DNA of 64,000 bases from Mizuhopecten yessoensis. Taxonomy: Eukaryota. Below, piece after piece: positions 35,621 through 49,000 of the stretch (within the stretch, counting starts at the first letter, position 1; the number at the start of each line of letters is the position of its first letter). The position numbers and the translations under genes were made by a program. The stretch covers positions 2,042,145 to 2,106,144 of the forward strand of contig NW_018480077.1 of NCBI RefSeq assembly GCF_002113885.1, written 5' to 3'. The notes beneath the pieces were generated by a model. That model searched no databases and was not told the DNA's origin. It saw nothing but the letters and a program-made list of their open reading frames with translations.

Positions 35621-36518
35621 TAACAAGAGATCCCAGAGGGATCTACGCGCCCACCTTTGTACCATCTTCATTAGTTCTTTGTCAGTTCGATCTTTTCTCC
35701 TCTTTCCTCTAATCTGTTTGATCGACTCATGTTAACAGTAAATGCACCTTTTAATCTAAACTTAATACTGATGAGTATGAAAGCCAACCTTCAAAGTGAG
35801 TTTGCCATTTCACATATTTACTAGTACAGTACTTAATGTGAAAGAAGTAGAATCGATCATTGCAATATGAGAAAGATCTGTTTAGTTCTTCTTTTAATCC
35901 ATTTTGTTTTTATGATCAGTCTCAAAATATAACATACACAACGAGGGATCAAGGGGAACCTACATTTAAATTTGAGAAAGATCCCTCCCGTACTTCCCGA
36001 GAAATAGCGATATCAAACTTTCACTATCAAAATCCAAGATGGCTGCCTGTCGGCCATGTTGTTTATCCGATCAGGCTCAAAAGTTGCCCTGCACAGCTAA
36101 GGACCAAGGAGAACCTACATATAAAATTTGAGAAAGATCCCTCTGATACTTCCCGAGAAAAAGCGATAACAAACTTTCAATATCAAAATCCAAGATGGCT
36201 GCCTGTCGGCCATGTTAGTTATCCGATCAGTCTCAAAAGTTGCCCTGCACAGCTAAGGACCAAGGAGAACCTACATATAAAATTTGAGAAAGATCCCTCT
36301 GGTACTTCTTGAGAAATAGCGATAACAAACTTTCACTATCAAAATCCAAGATGGCTGCCTGTCGGCCATGTTGTTTATCCGATCAGGCTCAAAAGTTGCC
36401 CTGCACAGCTAAGGACCAAGGGGAACCTGCATATAAAATTTGAGAAAGATCCCTCTGGCACTTCTTGAGAAATAGCAATAACAAGAACTGTTAACAGACG
36501 GACCATGGACGGCGGACT
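35621..36518 (-). mobile_element. HINE/pearl-like element with 156-bp core tandem repeats (about 3.5 copies)
   Basis: Terminal AACAAGAGATCCCAGAGGGATCT palindrome plus GCGCCCACC subTIR; core units start at about 35956, 36111, 36267 and 36423; ends in GACGGAC-type microsatellite. Confidence 0.8.
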
Positions 36519-39500
36519 CAAAACACGTTTTCGATTATATTTATTTTTTCTCCCTTCATTTTATTTCTCATAGAAGTCCCAAGGTATGGGTTTCTTTTCA
36601 AAAATGATTTTGTCAAAGCTATGGTCATGTAAGAAAAACAGATTCCAACACTTACAGTATTTTGCAGTGGTACTGGGATCCTTAAGTATACCCTATAACC
36701 TTTAACCTCTAACTGATAATCTCTCAAGTTTTGCTGCAATTTACATTCATAATCTGTGGAGTAAAAAGGACAACAAACCGAAATTTGGATATGAATAATT
36801 TTTATTGCACATGGGGATGAAAGTTTGTTCATTAAACAAACGAATGCTGATCAAGAGCAAAAGATAATATAACATACGAAGTAACCAAGCAAGGAAACAT
36901 GACTCCCGTCCGTGCTGTAGTGCATTCAGAAAAATGTCAAGCAACAACCTAAGCCCTGGTCAAGATAACTCCAAGTTTCTTATTAGGGAAGTCTGAACAG
37001 CATTACCTGTACCTCCGCAAACAGCTTAACAAAACAGCCAATGAAACGGTATAACAAGATACGTTAAATCTCATTGCCATGTCACAAAAGATCATGAACA
37101 TTTTCAACAAATCATTAACGGTGCAACAAAATGGTCAAATCTGTAACGACAATGTTAAAACCTATGTTTACACTATGTTTAATTAGTGGTGGCAATAACA
37201 GGAAGTAGTACCGGCCATCTAATGACAGGAAAATACTGCATCAAGATAAGGAGCCTGTTTGTTTATGCGATACAACCGTTTTGTCTGTTTTTAAATGTAA
37301 CATTTTCGGGTATAAATCCTGGCAGACCTGCAAATTTGTATGCAGGAAGGCTTGCCTGAAAGCAGCATCAGATTTCTAGGTCCAACCTTATCTCACAAAT
37401 GAACAACTTTGGTCGAACCATTTGGATCATGATAAATGAAATCAGCAAAGGTGTCTGGCAGGAAATCGGGCAAGGGTCAGAAAATTGTCTGGACTTGCTA
37501 GAATGACTATTTCTTGATCATCAATCCTGTACTGGAAAATGTTAACATGAAAATAAAATCAGTAAAGTTTATCAGTTTAGATTATCATTGATTAATGACA
37601 CAGTGGAAAAGAACATATAAATTCTTTAACTGATAACGTTTGATTAGGTACAACCTGGTAATAAAAAGTTTGAAGGAAGATAATACACAAATCACAGGTT
37701 GAATGCAAAATGTTACATACATTTAAGAAAAAGAAATAATACACATTTGTCAAATCATTGTTATTACCCTATGAAAAAAGTTGCAATATGCTAAACTGTG
37801 CTTCTATTAGCTGATGATGCTGTACATGCACATAAAATAAGTAGATTTATTATCTTATCAATTAGATTTGAAGTAGAATTGTCTTTCATCTTCATAGAAA
37901 TAGGAACACTTTTCTAAAATATCATATAGATGTCATATCTCCGTGATGAAACATTAATATCAATAAATGTGTTCTGTAATTTCAGCAGATTGTCATAAAC
38001 AGTCTTACGTATGTCATGTATATTAATAGGGAGATTGGAGAAATACAAGTCTTTGACCCACAACCTGTTTATATAATTAAAATGAATTTAGGAAATATTA
38101 CTTTGTGGTGAGTAAAATATATAGATATAAATGACATTTTATAGTTATATTTAAAACATGCATCAAACCTAATTTCATTCAAATGTTACACACGACACAA
38201 ATTCATTGTGTGGATATTTTTTATATTAAATATGATCTTATATAGTACACTATATACAAAATGTACAAATGTTGAAATCTTAAATGGTATCTATTTTCTC
38301 AATGATCTAACTTCAACAATTAGCCCCAACAGGAACAAAAGATAAGTACTCAAACCCACATACCGGTATCTGAAAACAAGAATTCCCTTGAGGTGAATGC
38401 GTCGACTACACTAGGTTAGGTGGAAGGTTGGCTGCAAATTTACCCATGATTAAGTACCAAAATGTAAAATACCCAGGGTACTTTCTATTGCACAACTGAT
38501 CAGACAGCAGCCAAATTAAATATTAGCAAATTAGCAAATTAGCAAAAGTACTCGGATTTAGACTCTGCAATTGTTTGTCGGCTCTTAGTGACTGTCTTAA
38601 ATTGTCGATTTATGGATTTGCGCGACATTGAGGAGGAACATTTTTGAATGTGTGAGATTTATGGCTCCTGCAGCTTGAGGCACGCTTCAGCAGGAGTTGG
38701 GATGTCTCAGAATGAGATTTCATCTCACGCCCTCAGACTTGGCAACGGACTCAAACATTAATTTTCTATTACAAAATACTTTCACAAAAAGATCAGATGC
38801 TTTCCTTCCATCTTTTTCATATTAATCATTTTGTTTGAACAGTATTCCGTTATGACAGTTGTGATTGGTCAGTTCATTATTTTACATCTGTGGGAAAAGA
38901 AAAAAATATCTCTACAACAAAAAAATAATGAATAGAAAAATAAGAGCCTAGTTGGATTTCCACAATATGAAATGTAAAGAAGTTATTAAGACTCCACCAG
39001 ACAAACTGTATATTACAAAGGAAACCCAATAACATCTAAAACAGTCAATGTACAATAACAGATATTAATAGAAAGTGAAAATTACAGAAAGTGAAATATT
39101 ATTGAACAATAATTTCAAAATTACAATTTGGCTGCAGAAGTCATTACATACCGGAACAGACTATGTCAACAGTTCACAGACATTGCAAACAATTCTGACA
39201 CAGACCAAATGTTGCCGATGATACCAATTGAAAATACTCTATTTAGCACATTTTTTTTTGCGTAAACAAGAACTAAAGAACTGTTTTATTTTATATTATT
39301 AAAAAAATCTTTTTTGAAAATACATGCATTCTACCACACAGAAGGCAATTTTTTTGCAACACAACACTACACTTCCTCCCCGTTTATATGTTTTACACTT
39401 CAAAAAGCATGGTCAATAGTTCAAACATCAAACAGGACCTCTCTGGAGAGGGAGAAATGGTCCGTAATCATTTCATCATTTCATGCAGGGTAAGGGAAAG

Positions 39501-39774
39501 CAATCAAAATGAACATTTTTTCAGATAGAGAAGCTCCTCATTCTAAGGATTTGGTTCCCATTTAACTCTAAAATCTTCAGTTTTTCTTTTGTCCCCGCAG
39601 ACCATCTATTTACCAGATTATTTTTGATTCATAATTTACACTGGTAAAAACGACTCATATACTAGTACCTAGTGATACTTTATGAGGCAATTAATGAAAC
39701 CTTTAATTTAATATGATGGAGGACACAGATGGCACGTAAGTCCTTTAATTTAACATGATGTTAACATGAGGTTA

Positions 39775-40095
39775 TGAGGCTTTGTTCCAAAGTAAACACA
39801 GACTATGAGGCTTCGGGCACAGATATGACGTTAGCCCTTGTTCCAAAGTAAACACAGGCTATGAGGCTGCGGGCACAGATGTGACGTTAGCCCTTGTTCC
39901 AAAGTAAACACAGACTATGGGCTAGGCTGCGGGCACAGATGTGACGTAAGCCCTTGTTCCAAAGTAAACACAGGCTATGAGGCGGCAAGCAGATGTGACG
40001 TCAGTCCTTGTTCCAAAGTAAACACAGGCTATGAGGCGGCAATCAGATGTGACATCAGTCCTTGTTCCATAGTAAACACAGGCTACGATGCCGCC
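39775..40095. repeat. Tandem repeat, unit of about 56 bp, 5-6 copies, overlapping the IPO4 stop codon
   Basis: Unit GGGCACAGATGTGACGTTAGCCCTTGTTCCAAAGTAAACACAGGCTATGAGGCTGC. Confidence 0.9.
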
Positions 40096-43000
40096 CCGTT
40101 GGTGTAAGTCAGACATGTTTCCAGTTTACTGCCCTGCTCAGGAGGCAAGCTCTTCGTGATAGCTTTGAAGTCTTCTGGGAACTGTTTTTGTATCATTTTC
40201 ACCATCTGTATCAGCATGGACTGTGTTTCTGGAATTAAAACATGACATACATGTACAAAAACAGTCTAATGTTAAATGACTAGTTCCTTGATGATTCAAA
40301 CCTGTTTGCTTATAACACATTCAAACTAATAACTTTCTCCATACTTTACCAGAACGCACACATATTTCATCAATCCAAATTCAAGACCTTCTCAAAGTCA
40401 TTTCTCCTTTTCTTTATGGGGTTAACATGGAAAACAGGGTCAGTAGCCAAAAGGACAATACAAATCACTCATGGCTATTTCACAAGTAATTATATGGAGA
40501 AGGGGAGTGTTGGGGAGTGGGAGGGGGTGTATTTCTTATAACACCTACCACTTACATTTTTATTTACAGGAGCCAACCATCATAGCAACCATTGATCTTT
40601 AGGTCTGGCTTACATAGTATTTATAATTACATCTTTAAAATCAATACCATAAGTAAAACATCAGAAGCAAAATTGCAGATATTGGGTTTAGCTAATTATT
40701 ACTGTGACATTTGCTTTTATTCTATATAGTAATGACGTCATACTCACCATCTTTCAATCCTTCAGAACCCAAAACTTGAGAAACAACTTCAAGTAACTTT
40801 GGAGTTTGCTTCAAAATCTGCAATAAGCCCAAGTGAGATTTTAACAAACTTTTTTTTTACAACTGGGAACATTGAATGTAGGAGAAATTACCTTTAAATA
40901 TGATATTAATCAATTATAGACTTTTGATGGGGTGAATATATGGTTACATGAGCCTGAGAAAGTGATTCGTTGAGGTAAATACCACTTTCTCAGGACTATA
41001 TAACCACATCTTCACTGAAATAAAAGTCTTTGTTATATTAAATGCTAAATAATGTTTTGACCAATAAACAAGAATATTAAATGCTGAATAAGATAAAACT
41101 TATGAAAACTGTACGGAGTAAAATACTGCATTTGGCAGGAAGCATTGTGACGTTACAATTGAACTGACGTCATAAAGTTAATAATAACCTGCTCAGTGGC
41201 GTTTCTAAAAATAGCAACACTGAGTCAATATCACAAATCAACAAAGCCCTACATGATTTGTTATATTAACCAATGAGGATGTAGGAAAATGTGTGTCATC
41301 AAACAAACAGATGAGTTACTAGTATTATATCAATTAGGTTTTTATCTTTTATAAATAGAAGTACAAGAGCATATAATTTTAGAATCAAAGAGTAAACTGA
41401 CCTCCTCATTACAGCTGCTGTACAGCTCGTACAGGCATTTATATACGGTTTCGTTCTCCTCGAAGTCCTCCTTCAGGGGAAGACATTGCATCACAACGGG
41501 AACAACCTGTCATCAAAACAGTCACTTTAGATAGAAACAGTCAGTCATAAGAACAACCAGTCTTGCATCAACAACAGTAACTTAAAATGCTTATGTAACA
41601 GAGGTCAATATTTATTCAATTTCTCCACGAGGGATTGAATCTGGGACCTATGGCTTACTAGTCGGACTCTCCGTGGACTGAGCTAAAGAAACTCTACCTA
41701 GCCAAGTCAGTAGGAAGCAGCTACTATTTTACCAGGTTGACAGTCCCCTATGAGGAAAGAACATGTCCCAAGTTTTCCCCAAGAGTAACAACACTGGTTG
41801 AGAGACCCTGGTTGGGTAGTTTTTAAATATTCCCTGGGTCCTTGCGTGGGGTCAATGAAACAGAGATCAGATCATTACATTTCAATGCCTTTGCTAGGGA
41901 TAAAACTTGGGGCTACAGATAACTGCTTTACCAGAATGAGCTTTCCTAGGGATAAAACTTGGGACTACAGATAACTGCTTTACCAGAATGAGCTTTCCTA
42001 GTGATAAAACTTGGGGCTACAGATACCTGCTTTACCAGAATGAGCTTTCCTAGGGATAAAACTTAGGACTACAGATAACTGCTTTACCAGAATGAGCTTT
42101 CATAGGGATAAAACTTGGGGCTACAGATACCTGCTTTACCAGAATGAGCTTTCATAGGGATAAAACTTGGGACTACAGATAACTGCTTTATCAGAATGAG
42201 CTTTCCTAGGGATAAAACTTGGGACTACAAATAACTGCTTTACCAGAATGAGCTTTCCTAGGGATAAAACTTGGGGGCTACAGATAACTGCTTTACCAGA
42301 ATGCGCTAACGGGAAATTTTTCTCTAGACAAGTCAGAACCAAGCAATTAGATAGTTTACCACTGTAACACAAGTTGGAAAATTTAAAGTTCAAAAATGCA
42401 TCTTTTATTTAAAATGTCATAAACTGTGAAGTTGCTCGTAATGATTTTTTTATACCTGTGACATTGGAACACCAGCTTTGTTTGCCATGATCATCCGACA
42501 GGTGGCAGCACAGATGTTGTCAAGGAGACGAGGATTTTCTGCCTTACTCATGGCGTCAAACAGACACTTGAGAACCTCAGGATATCGACTGATCAATGGT
42601 AAAGGATGAAATAACATATTGCATTTTTTTTCAACTAATGTTGTGAAATCTGGAGAAATTGTTGATAAAATTACAATTCAAATTCATTTGACATGTAACA
42701 CCACATTTGATTGGTCAATCAAAATAATTTGCAACAAGTATAACCATGATAGGCGATTGTTAATGACGTCAATGACCCCGAAGCGTCTTGAAATTGATTA
42801 TAGATGACATCACGAACATTAGCGTGACCCCAAAATGTCAAATAATTCCGCCTCACTTTGAATTTTGACGTCACCAATCCACAGCAGAGTGACCCAGGAT
42901 TAGAAGAAAACACTCAAAAATGTCTCAAAATCACCGTTTCTTTCAGTGGTTTTGGCTTATAAGAATTAGAATGAGGATAACCCTACTGTATTTTGAAATT

Positions 43001-46000
43001 AGCGACTGTATATCTTGATTATACTGTCGCAAATATCTGTTTTAATGGCTCTGCGTCACCACTAAAACCCAATAAGCAACAGTATAATCAAGATATACCG
43101 CTGCAAATTTCAAAATACAGTAGGGTTATCCCTAAAATCACTTGTCAGAAGAATTAAAGTAATGGGCAAAAGGATACGAGAATAATGTCTCCCCACTGGT
43201 AGCTAGGAGGACACCAACAGCAAACACAGAGTTACTTCGTACTTCATCATCCTCATCCTTCACCATCTTCATAAACAGTGGGTACAGAGTGTCTGTGAAG
43301 GGTACGATAGAAGTCCCACAGGCCTGCACGATCTCAGCCAGGGTCCCCACAGCAAAGGACTTCTCCGACACAGCACTTGTCTCTTTCTGTTAAAAGAATT
43401 TATCATGCAGGTTTATTTTTCGTTAATCACACAGACTTCTTGGTTTAACTCTCTTTAATTTCACTCAAAATGATTCTGAAACATTACTTACGAAATTTCA
43501 GTCATTTTTCACTTATTTTTTTATTACTTGTTTCTATATATTTTTTTTTTATCAAAGTTAATGGCCCTTTACCACAGCATACTAGAAGACATATATATAA
43601 CTGACTTCAAAAGTTCTGTAGTAGTGGGTTAAATTTAAATGCACCACATATCTGATTCTTATGAACGTGAAAGTGAATCACGGTAATTCATCTGAACCTG
43701 ATATCTAAATTTTACCACAGCAAGCTACCAACAAAATATCATGTCTTTTGGCCTTGAGGTTCTGTAGATGAATTCGTCTGAAGGAAAGTTGACATCTGAT
43801 GATGTGCCATCATATAAGTGCAAAGGCACTCCATCTTAGGTGAGTTTAAAAGTCAGGTTAGCTAAGCCAAAATTAAATGGATAATTTGTGGGTACTTATA
43901 TCATCAATTTAGAGTTAAAAGACCCACCAGGCTTCAAAGAACATTTATCTGGTCCAATCAGGAGAAATTTTACCAGATTGATTTCAAAGTAAACCAAAGT
44001 ACACTAATATCAAATTTAGTCAAGTCAGCCTGTGTCTTTTGTCCAACCACTCACCAGCCGTTTCACAAGGTCCTGGAGGAAGCTAGAAAAGAAAGGAAGG
44101 AACTCTGGACCTCCGATTAGTTTGGCCATCAGAGGCAGGACATCACCTGCAGACTCGATCAGCATCCCATCAAACTCCGCCTCCTCATCCTCATCATCCT
44201 CGTCTTCATCCTGATCCTGACAAGCCAGCTGTGGAGCAGATGTCAAACCAACAGTAAGTAATAGGTTTGAATAAATATTAAAATCAACCACAAATATTTC
44301 AAAACTTTTTTTAAAGGAATTAATAATACAAAATCTTGACAGATTGATATTAAATCAGAATTATATTCATCCTTCAATCTAGATAAGCATGGTATCAAAT
44401 TCTGTAATACCCCGGTAAAATATCAGGATAAACAGGTTATTTTCTTCTTACTTGACATACCTTATGTGTGAAAACCTCCTTCATCCTAGACAATATCGCA
44501 TCTCTGGCTCCCTGGACCTGTAACACCGGCTGACCAATCTTGTCCAGCATCTCAGATAAGGTGTCGATGACGGTCATCACTATCTCGCGGTCAACATCAG
44601 TCTTTATCAGCTCTAGGTATTTTACTACCACAGTGTTTAACATGGCAGTCAGAGCTGGGGAAAAAATCACCAACACGTCTTCAATGTACCATTCAACAGG
44701 ATGCTTTTAAAATGGTAGCAAATTTAGCTTCAGAGTGTTTGATATTCATTCCAAAAGAAACTTGCATATTTTCTTACATTTTTTTTTTTTACAATTTTAG
44801 CAAATGATGATGCGATGAGAAATTTTGATTGTCCAATAACAAGAATTGATTTTTAACTTTCTGGTGTAGGCGATATATAATGTGATAGTTACTTTTATTA
44901 TACACTGTTTTAGCAAATGTAATACCACTGAAGAGCTTGTAATATGAGCCAACACATGTGTCACATGTGGAGATAAACACAGCCTAGCTCTGTATATTGC
45001 AACTTATAATTACCTGTCTGAGTATCCAGTGTTGGGGAGTCTGTGTTGGCCTTGTGGACACAGATGCACATCTGGCCCAGGGCTGCTGAGGCAGAACGCT
45101 TGACTCCCTGGGCCGGATAGTCCATCATATCTGTTACCTCCTTAAAACTCTTCTCTAGGTATGGAAAGAAGACCGCCCTGCAGTGGAAATAATCTACGAT
45201 TTCAAACGTTGTTCCACCGTATGATTGTATTGGGAAAAGTGTGGTGGTATGCAGAACCGATTACATTAAACATTAATGAGATTTTTGGTAGAATTTTCAC
45301 AGCCATACATCTCTATCAATATACATTGTACTGCAATTTTCCTAGTCTGCTAAAACTGACCATAATCGCAGGCTGCAAAGTCCTAATTGGCCGATACATA
45401 TTGGTGTAGGAAAGATGGCTGTCTATGTTAGCAGTTGAAATCACTTCAAATCAAATGATGCGTCGAGCGTGTCGAGTTGGGACATGGCATGTAGTCAAGC
45501 GAGTAAGAGATTAACATATTGACATTTAGGTATAAATATTTTCTAACAAACATTCTCGCAATCGCTATCAACAGATTTGGGCGACAAATCCCAAAGTTTC
45601 AAAAAGCCTGCGATTACAGTTAGTTTTAGCAGACTACAATTCACCCAAAACCAATCCTGAAATAGGCATTTGGAATTTTTAAAAAGATGGAAATGTGAAA
45701 AGTTTAAAATGCCAACAGACAGATTATCAAAATAGGTTGTTAAAGTTTGTTTTTTCTTAACTTAGCCCATTAAAGAGAGGCTACACTTCACACATGATAT
45801 GTTCAATTACCCTGAATTGGCAGCCAGCTCCCCTAGAGCACAGCAGGTGTCTTCTTTCTCATCAACGAAGGCGTTTTCTACGCTGATCCTGTAGACAAAA
45901 ACAACATTAAATAGCTGTCAATAGAACTTCAATAATCTGCAACTTTTACATACACAGTGAAAACTGTCTCTACACAATGTCATGGCGATGTCTTATTTAC

Positions 46001-49000
46001 AACAAATTCAACGCATCAAATAGTTCTAGTCAAGAAAAACTACAAAACCAATAATCTCAACGGCGCCCTATCCTATGAAACATTCTGAATTAACTGAAAT
46101 CATTCATAATAATCTCACACGCAGTAAATTGTACACTTGATAAATTGATACCCAATAATCTTAAAAGTGGCAATTATATATTGCATGAATTCATAACCGT
46201 GAATCCAAGAAGTGGCAAATATAATACATGTACATGTTATTGCAGAAGTTATTTAAGATTATGTTGTATATAATGTACATTTTCTAATATACTTGACCAT
46301 ATGGGAGACAAGTCTTTGACTCAATATGGTATGAAGTTTAAATAAAGACTATTATTATTATTATTAAGAATGCTTGAATTCATCCCAATAATCTCAAAAT
46401 CATTAATAAAACACTGAGAAATCATACCCATAATCTTAAAAGCACAATTACATTACAAGTATTCAATTTTTTTAACATAAAAGCATAAATGACACTTCCT
46501 AAAATGTAAACTATAAGCAACATGTATTTTATTTCAGCATATTACTATATATACTGGAACTAAACACCAGAACATTGTCCTGTGTTACATAACTTACTGT
46601 GTAATGTTACAACTATAAGTATGTTACTTAAATAATCAAGGTTACACCATGTCGTATGGGACACCCTCCCTTGGGTAAATTTACCATGTCTATTGCCTTG
46701 TCACACTACAATGTCTGCTGTCAACAATACCCATTAAAGTCAATTATTGAACAGTTATAGGAAAACAAAGTTACAGCAAGTTTTCATGGAAATAAACCTT
46801 TCAATGAAGTTTGAAGTTAATACATTTAAAAGTACTCTTGGTATAAAGCGGACACTGTTTCAGCATTGAATATAGTGGAATAACTCCATAAATTACTGTC
46901 GGATAACGATAGTAATTGAATAGTCTGAGCCTCATTTTAAGTAATCTTTCTATGAAGTTTGAAATTAATCCGTTAAAAATTACTTGAAATATAGAGCGAC
47001 CATTATGCGTGTCCACCCGACTGCCTTTCACGTAATACTTTCCGTTTCTCGACAGGTGTATAAAAAACCAAGTCACTATACCCTTCTATATGCTGCTCGT
47101 CATCCTCTTCATCGTCTTCCTGAGATATGTCCTCTTCCTCGCCAAAGTCCTCCTCGTTAAATATGCTCACCTGTTCTTCTGCTACCTTCACATGTGCCTG
47201 CAATGATAAACATTATTTTGATACAGTTGACAATGGTTTATATCTGCCTAATGCCAGTAGTTTTACAAAATATGACGCCAATGGCCATGTAGCTCACTGG
47301 ACTTAAGATGTGTTTATTATTTTTATAGCGACTATAGCCAAGCATTAGTATCTTCAATAAGATTCATCAGTTTGTAAATATATAATATCAAATAGTTACT
47401 TTATACACAAACAATTTACGTATTAAATGTGTTGCAACGTTTCAAGACCACCCACTCAGTTATAACTTGACAAAAAGACCAGTCAGTCTTGAAACATTGC
47501 AACATGTTTATACCTACATTGTTTGTGCATAAAGTAAAACTTTGATATTCCAAGCAATAGTATTTTAACAGAATTACATTGAAAAGATTGAACATTGGGA
47601 AGAAAAAGTCCTGAAATGCTTACCTTTACACCTTCTGTAGACTTCAGAGAACCAATCATATGTGTTATAAGATTTTCTAAGTACGGACCGATGTCACCTT
47701 TCATGATGGAGGACAGCGACGCAAACAGCCCATACCTGTTGTCATTTGTACAGATTCTTGTGAAACAATTTTATAATATGATCATGTTTGAAAGGAAGAC
47801 AGATTATCATTTTGTTTTGAGCCAAAATTAACACAACTTTGTTCCTTAATTAAAGTCAATTAATTTTAAAGATTTTGTATAACGTTGTTAGAATCTGTCT
47901 TTTCTTGGAAATTTATTACAAATATTGAAAAATATTCCAATTTTAATATGAACATGATGAGGACAGTAATACGATCATCAAAATGTCTGTCCCAATAGAA
48001 AATATTTCATGACATTAGATGTGACTATGTTGATAAATAGACAGGAAAGATTACTTACACACATCTGCGAAGGTCAGGGTCATCTACATTGTGTAAGAGA
48101 TTCAAACCAAGCTGAGCACACTCCTTAGTCAGTGGCAGGAAAGTCTCTAATCCTACTCCCCGAGCCAGCACTCCAAGGGTGTCTAATAAAACACATCCAA
48201 AGTTAGCAATAATCTCTAAAACTCTTCCTCGAGCTTACATTCCCAGCGTGCTGATACCAAGAATGTACAAATTTCATGAAAGTCTCTAACCCTATTCCTC
48301 CAGCTAACACTTACAGCCTGACAGGACATCTAGTTGAAAATTTTAAGTAGTTATTGGCTTCTGAAAAATTCTATAAACTATACGGAAAAAGTATTGCACA
48401 ATGTATTAACATGCATAAGACAATAGACACAAAACAGGTATTACATCTAACCTTTATCTTATATTAGAGAATGGATAGAGGATATCTAACAGTGTCTTCA
48501 GAAATACCAAATATGTTTCATGAGTGTGGCAAGTATTTTGACATCTTTCAAGAATAAATAATTTTCAATATTTCAATGGTAACATTTTTAACAGAAACAG
48601 GTACATGTATTACCTAAGGTCTGTATTTGTAGTTTTCTCATCTCCTCGTCCTCTCCTGCCATGAGGTAGCCTTTGAATTGCTCGATGATAACTGGGAAGT
48701 AGGGCTTCATACCTTCCTTAGCAGCGTTGACTGTAAACAGTGTGTAGGTGTTACAACATCAGTAAGTTTTAACCTATACATATACAGCTCATACAGCTCC
48801 TGCCCGAATGTCACCAAATATGGATTTTAACAATTCCCTATTATACCATAATCATAGACTTAAGATCTTTCACTTTACACAGGTTCTGTCCCCAATGTCA
48901 CCAAATATGGTTTTAACAATTCCCCCCCCCCCCCCCCCCGCCCTCATTTTCATATCGGAATAAAAATGACAAGGATTTCCGGAACTTTGATTAGAGCACC

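Noticed and set aside
35860-36312. 150-aa repeat protein
   Set aside because: Translation of the 156-bp core repeats of a non-autonomous element
36520-39700. Hidden gene between LONP2 and IPO4
   Set aside because: No convincing ORF or exon chain; likely UTR or intergenic sequence with repeat fragments
40138-40320. ORF-track frame as the last IPO4 exon
   Set aside because: Splice phase requires the other frame (ETQSMLIQMVK..AAS*), ending at 40083
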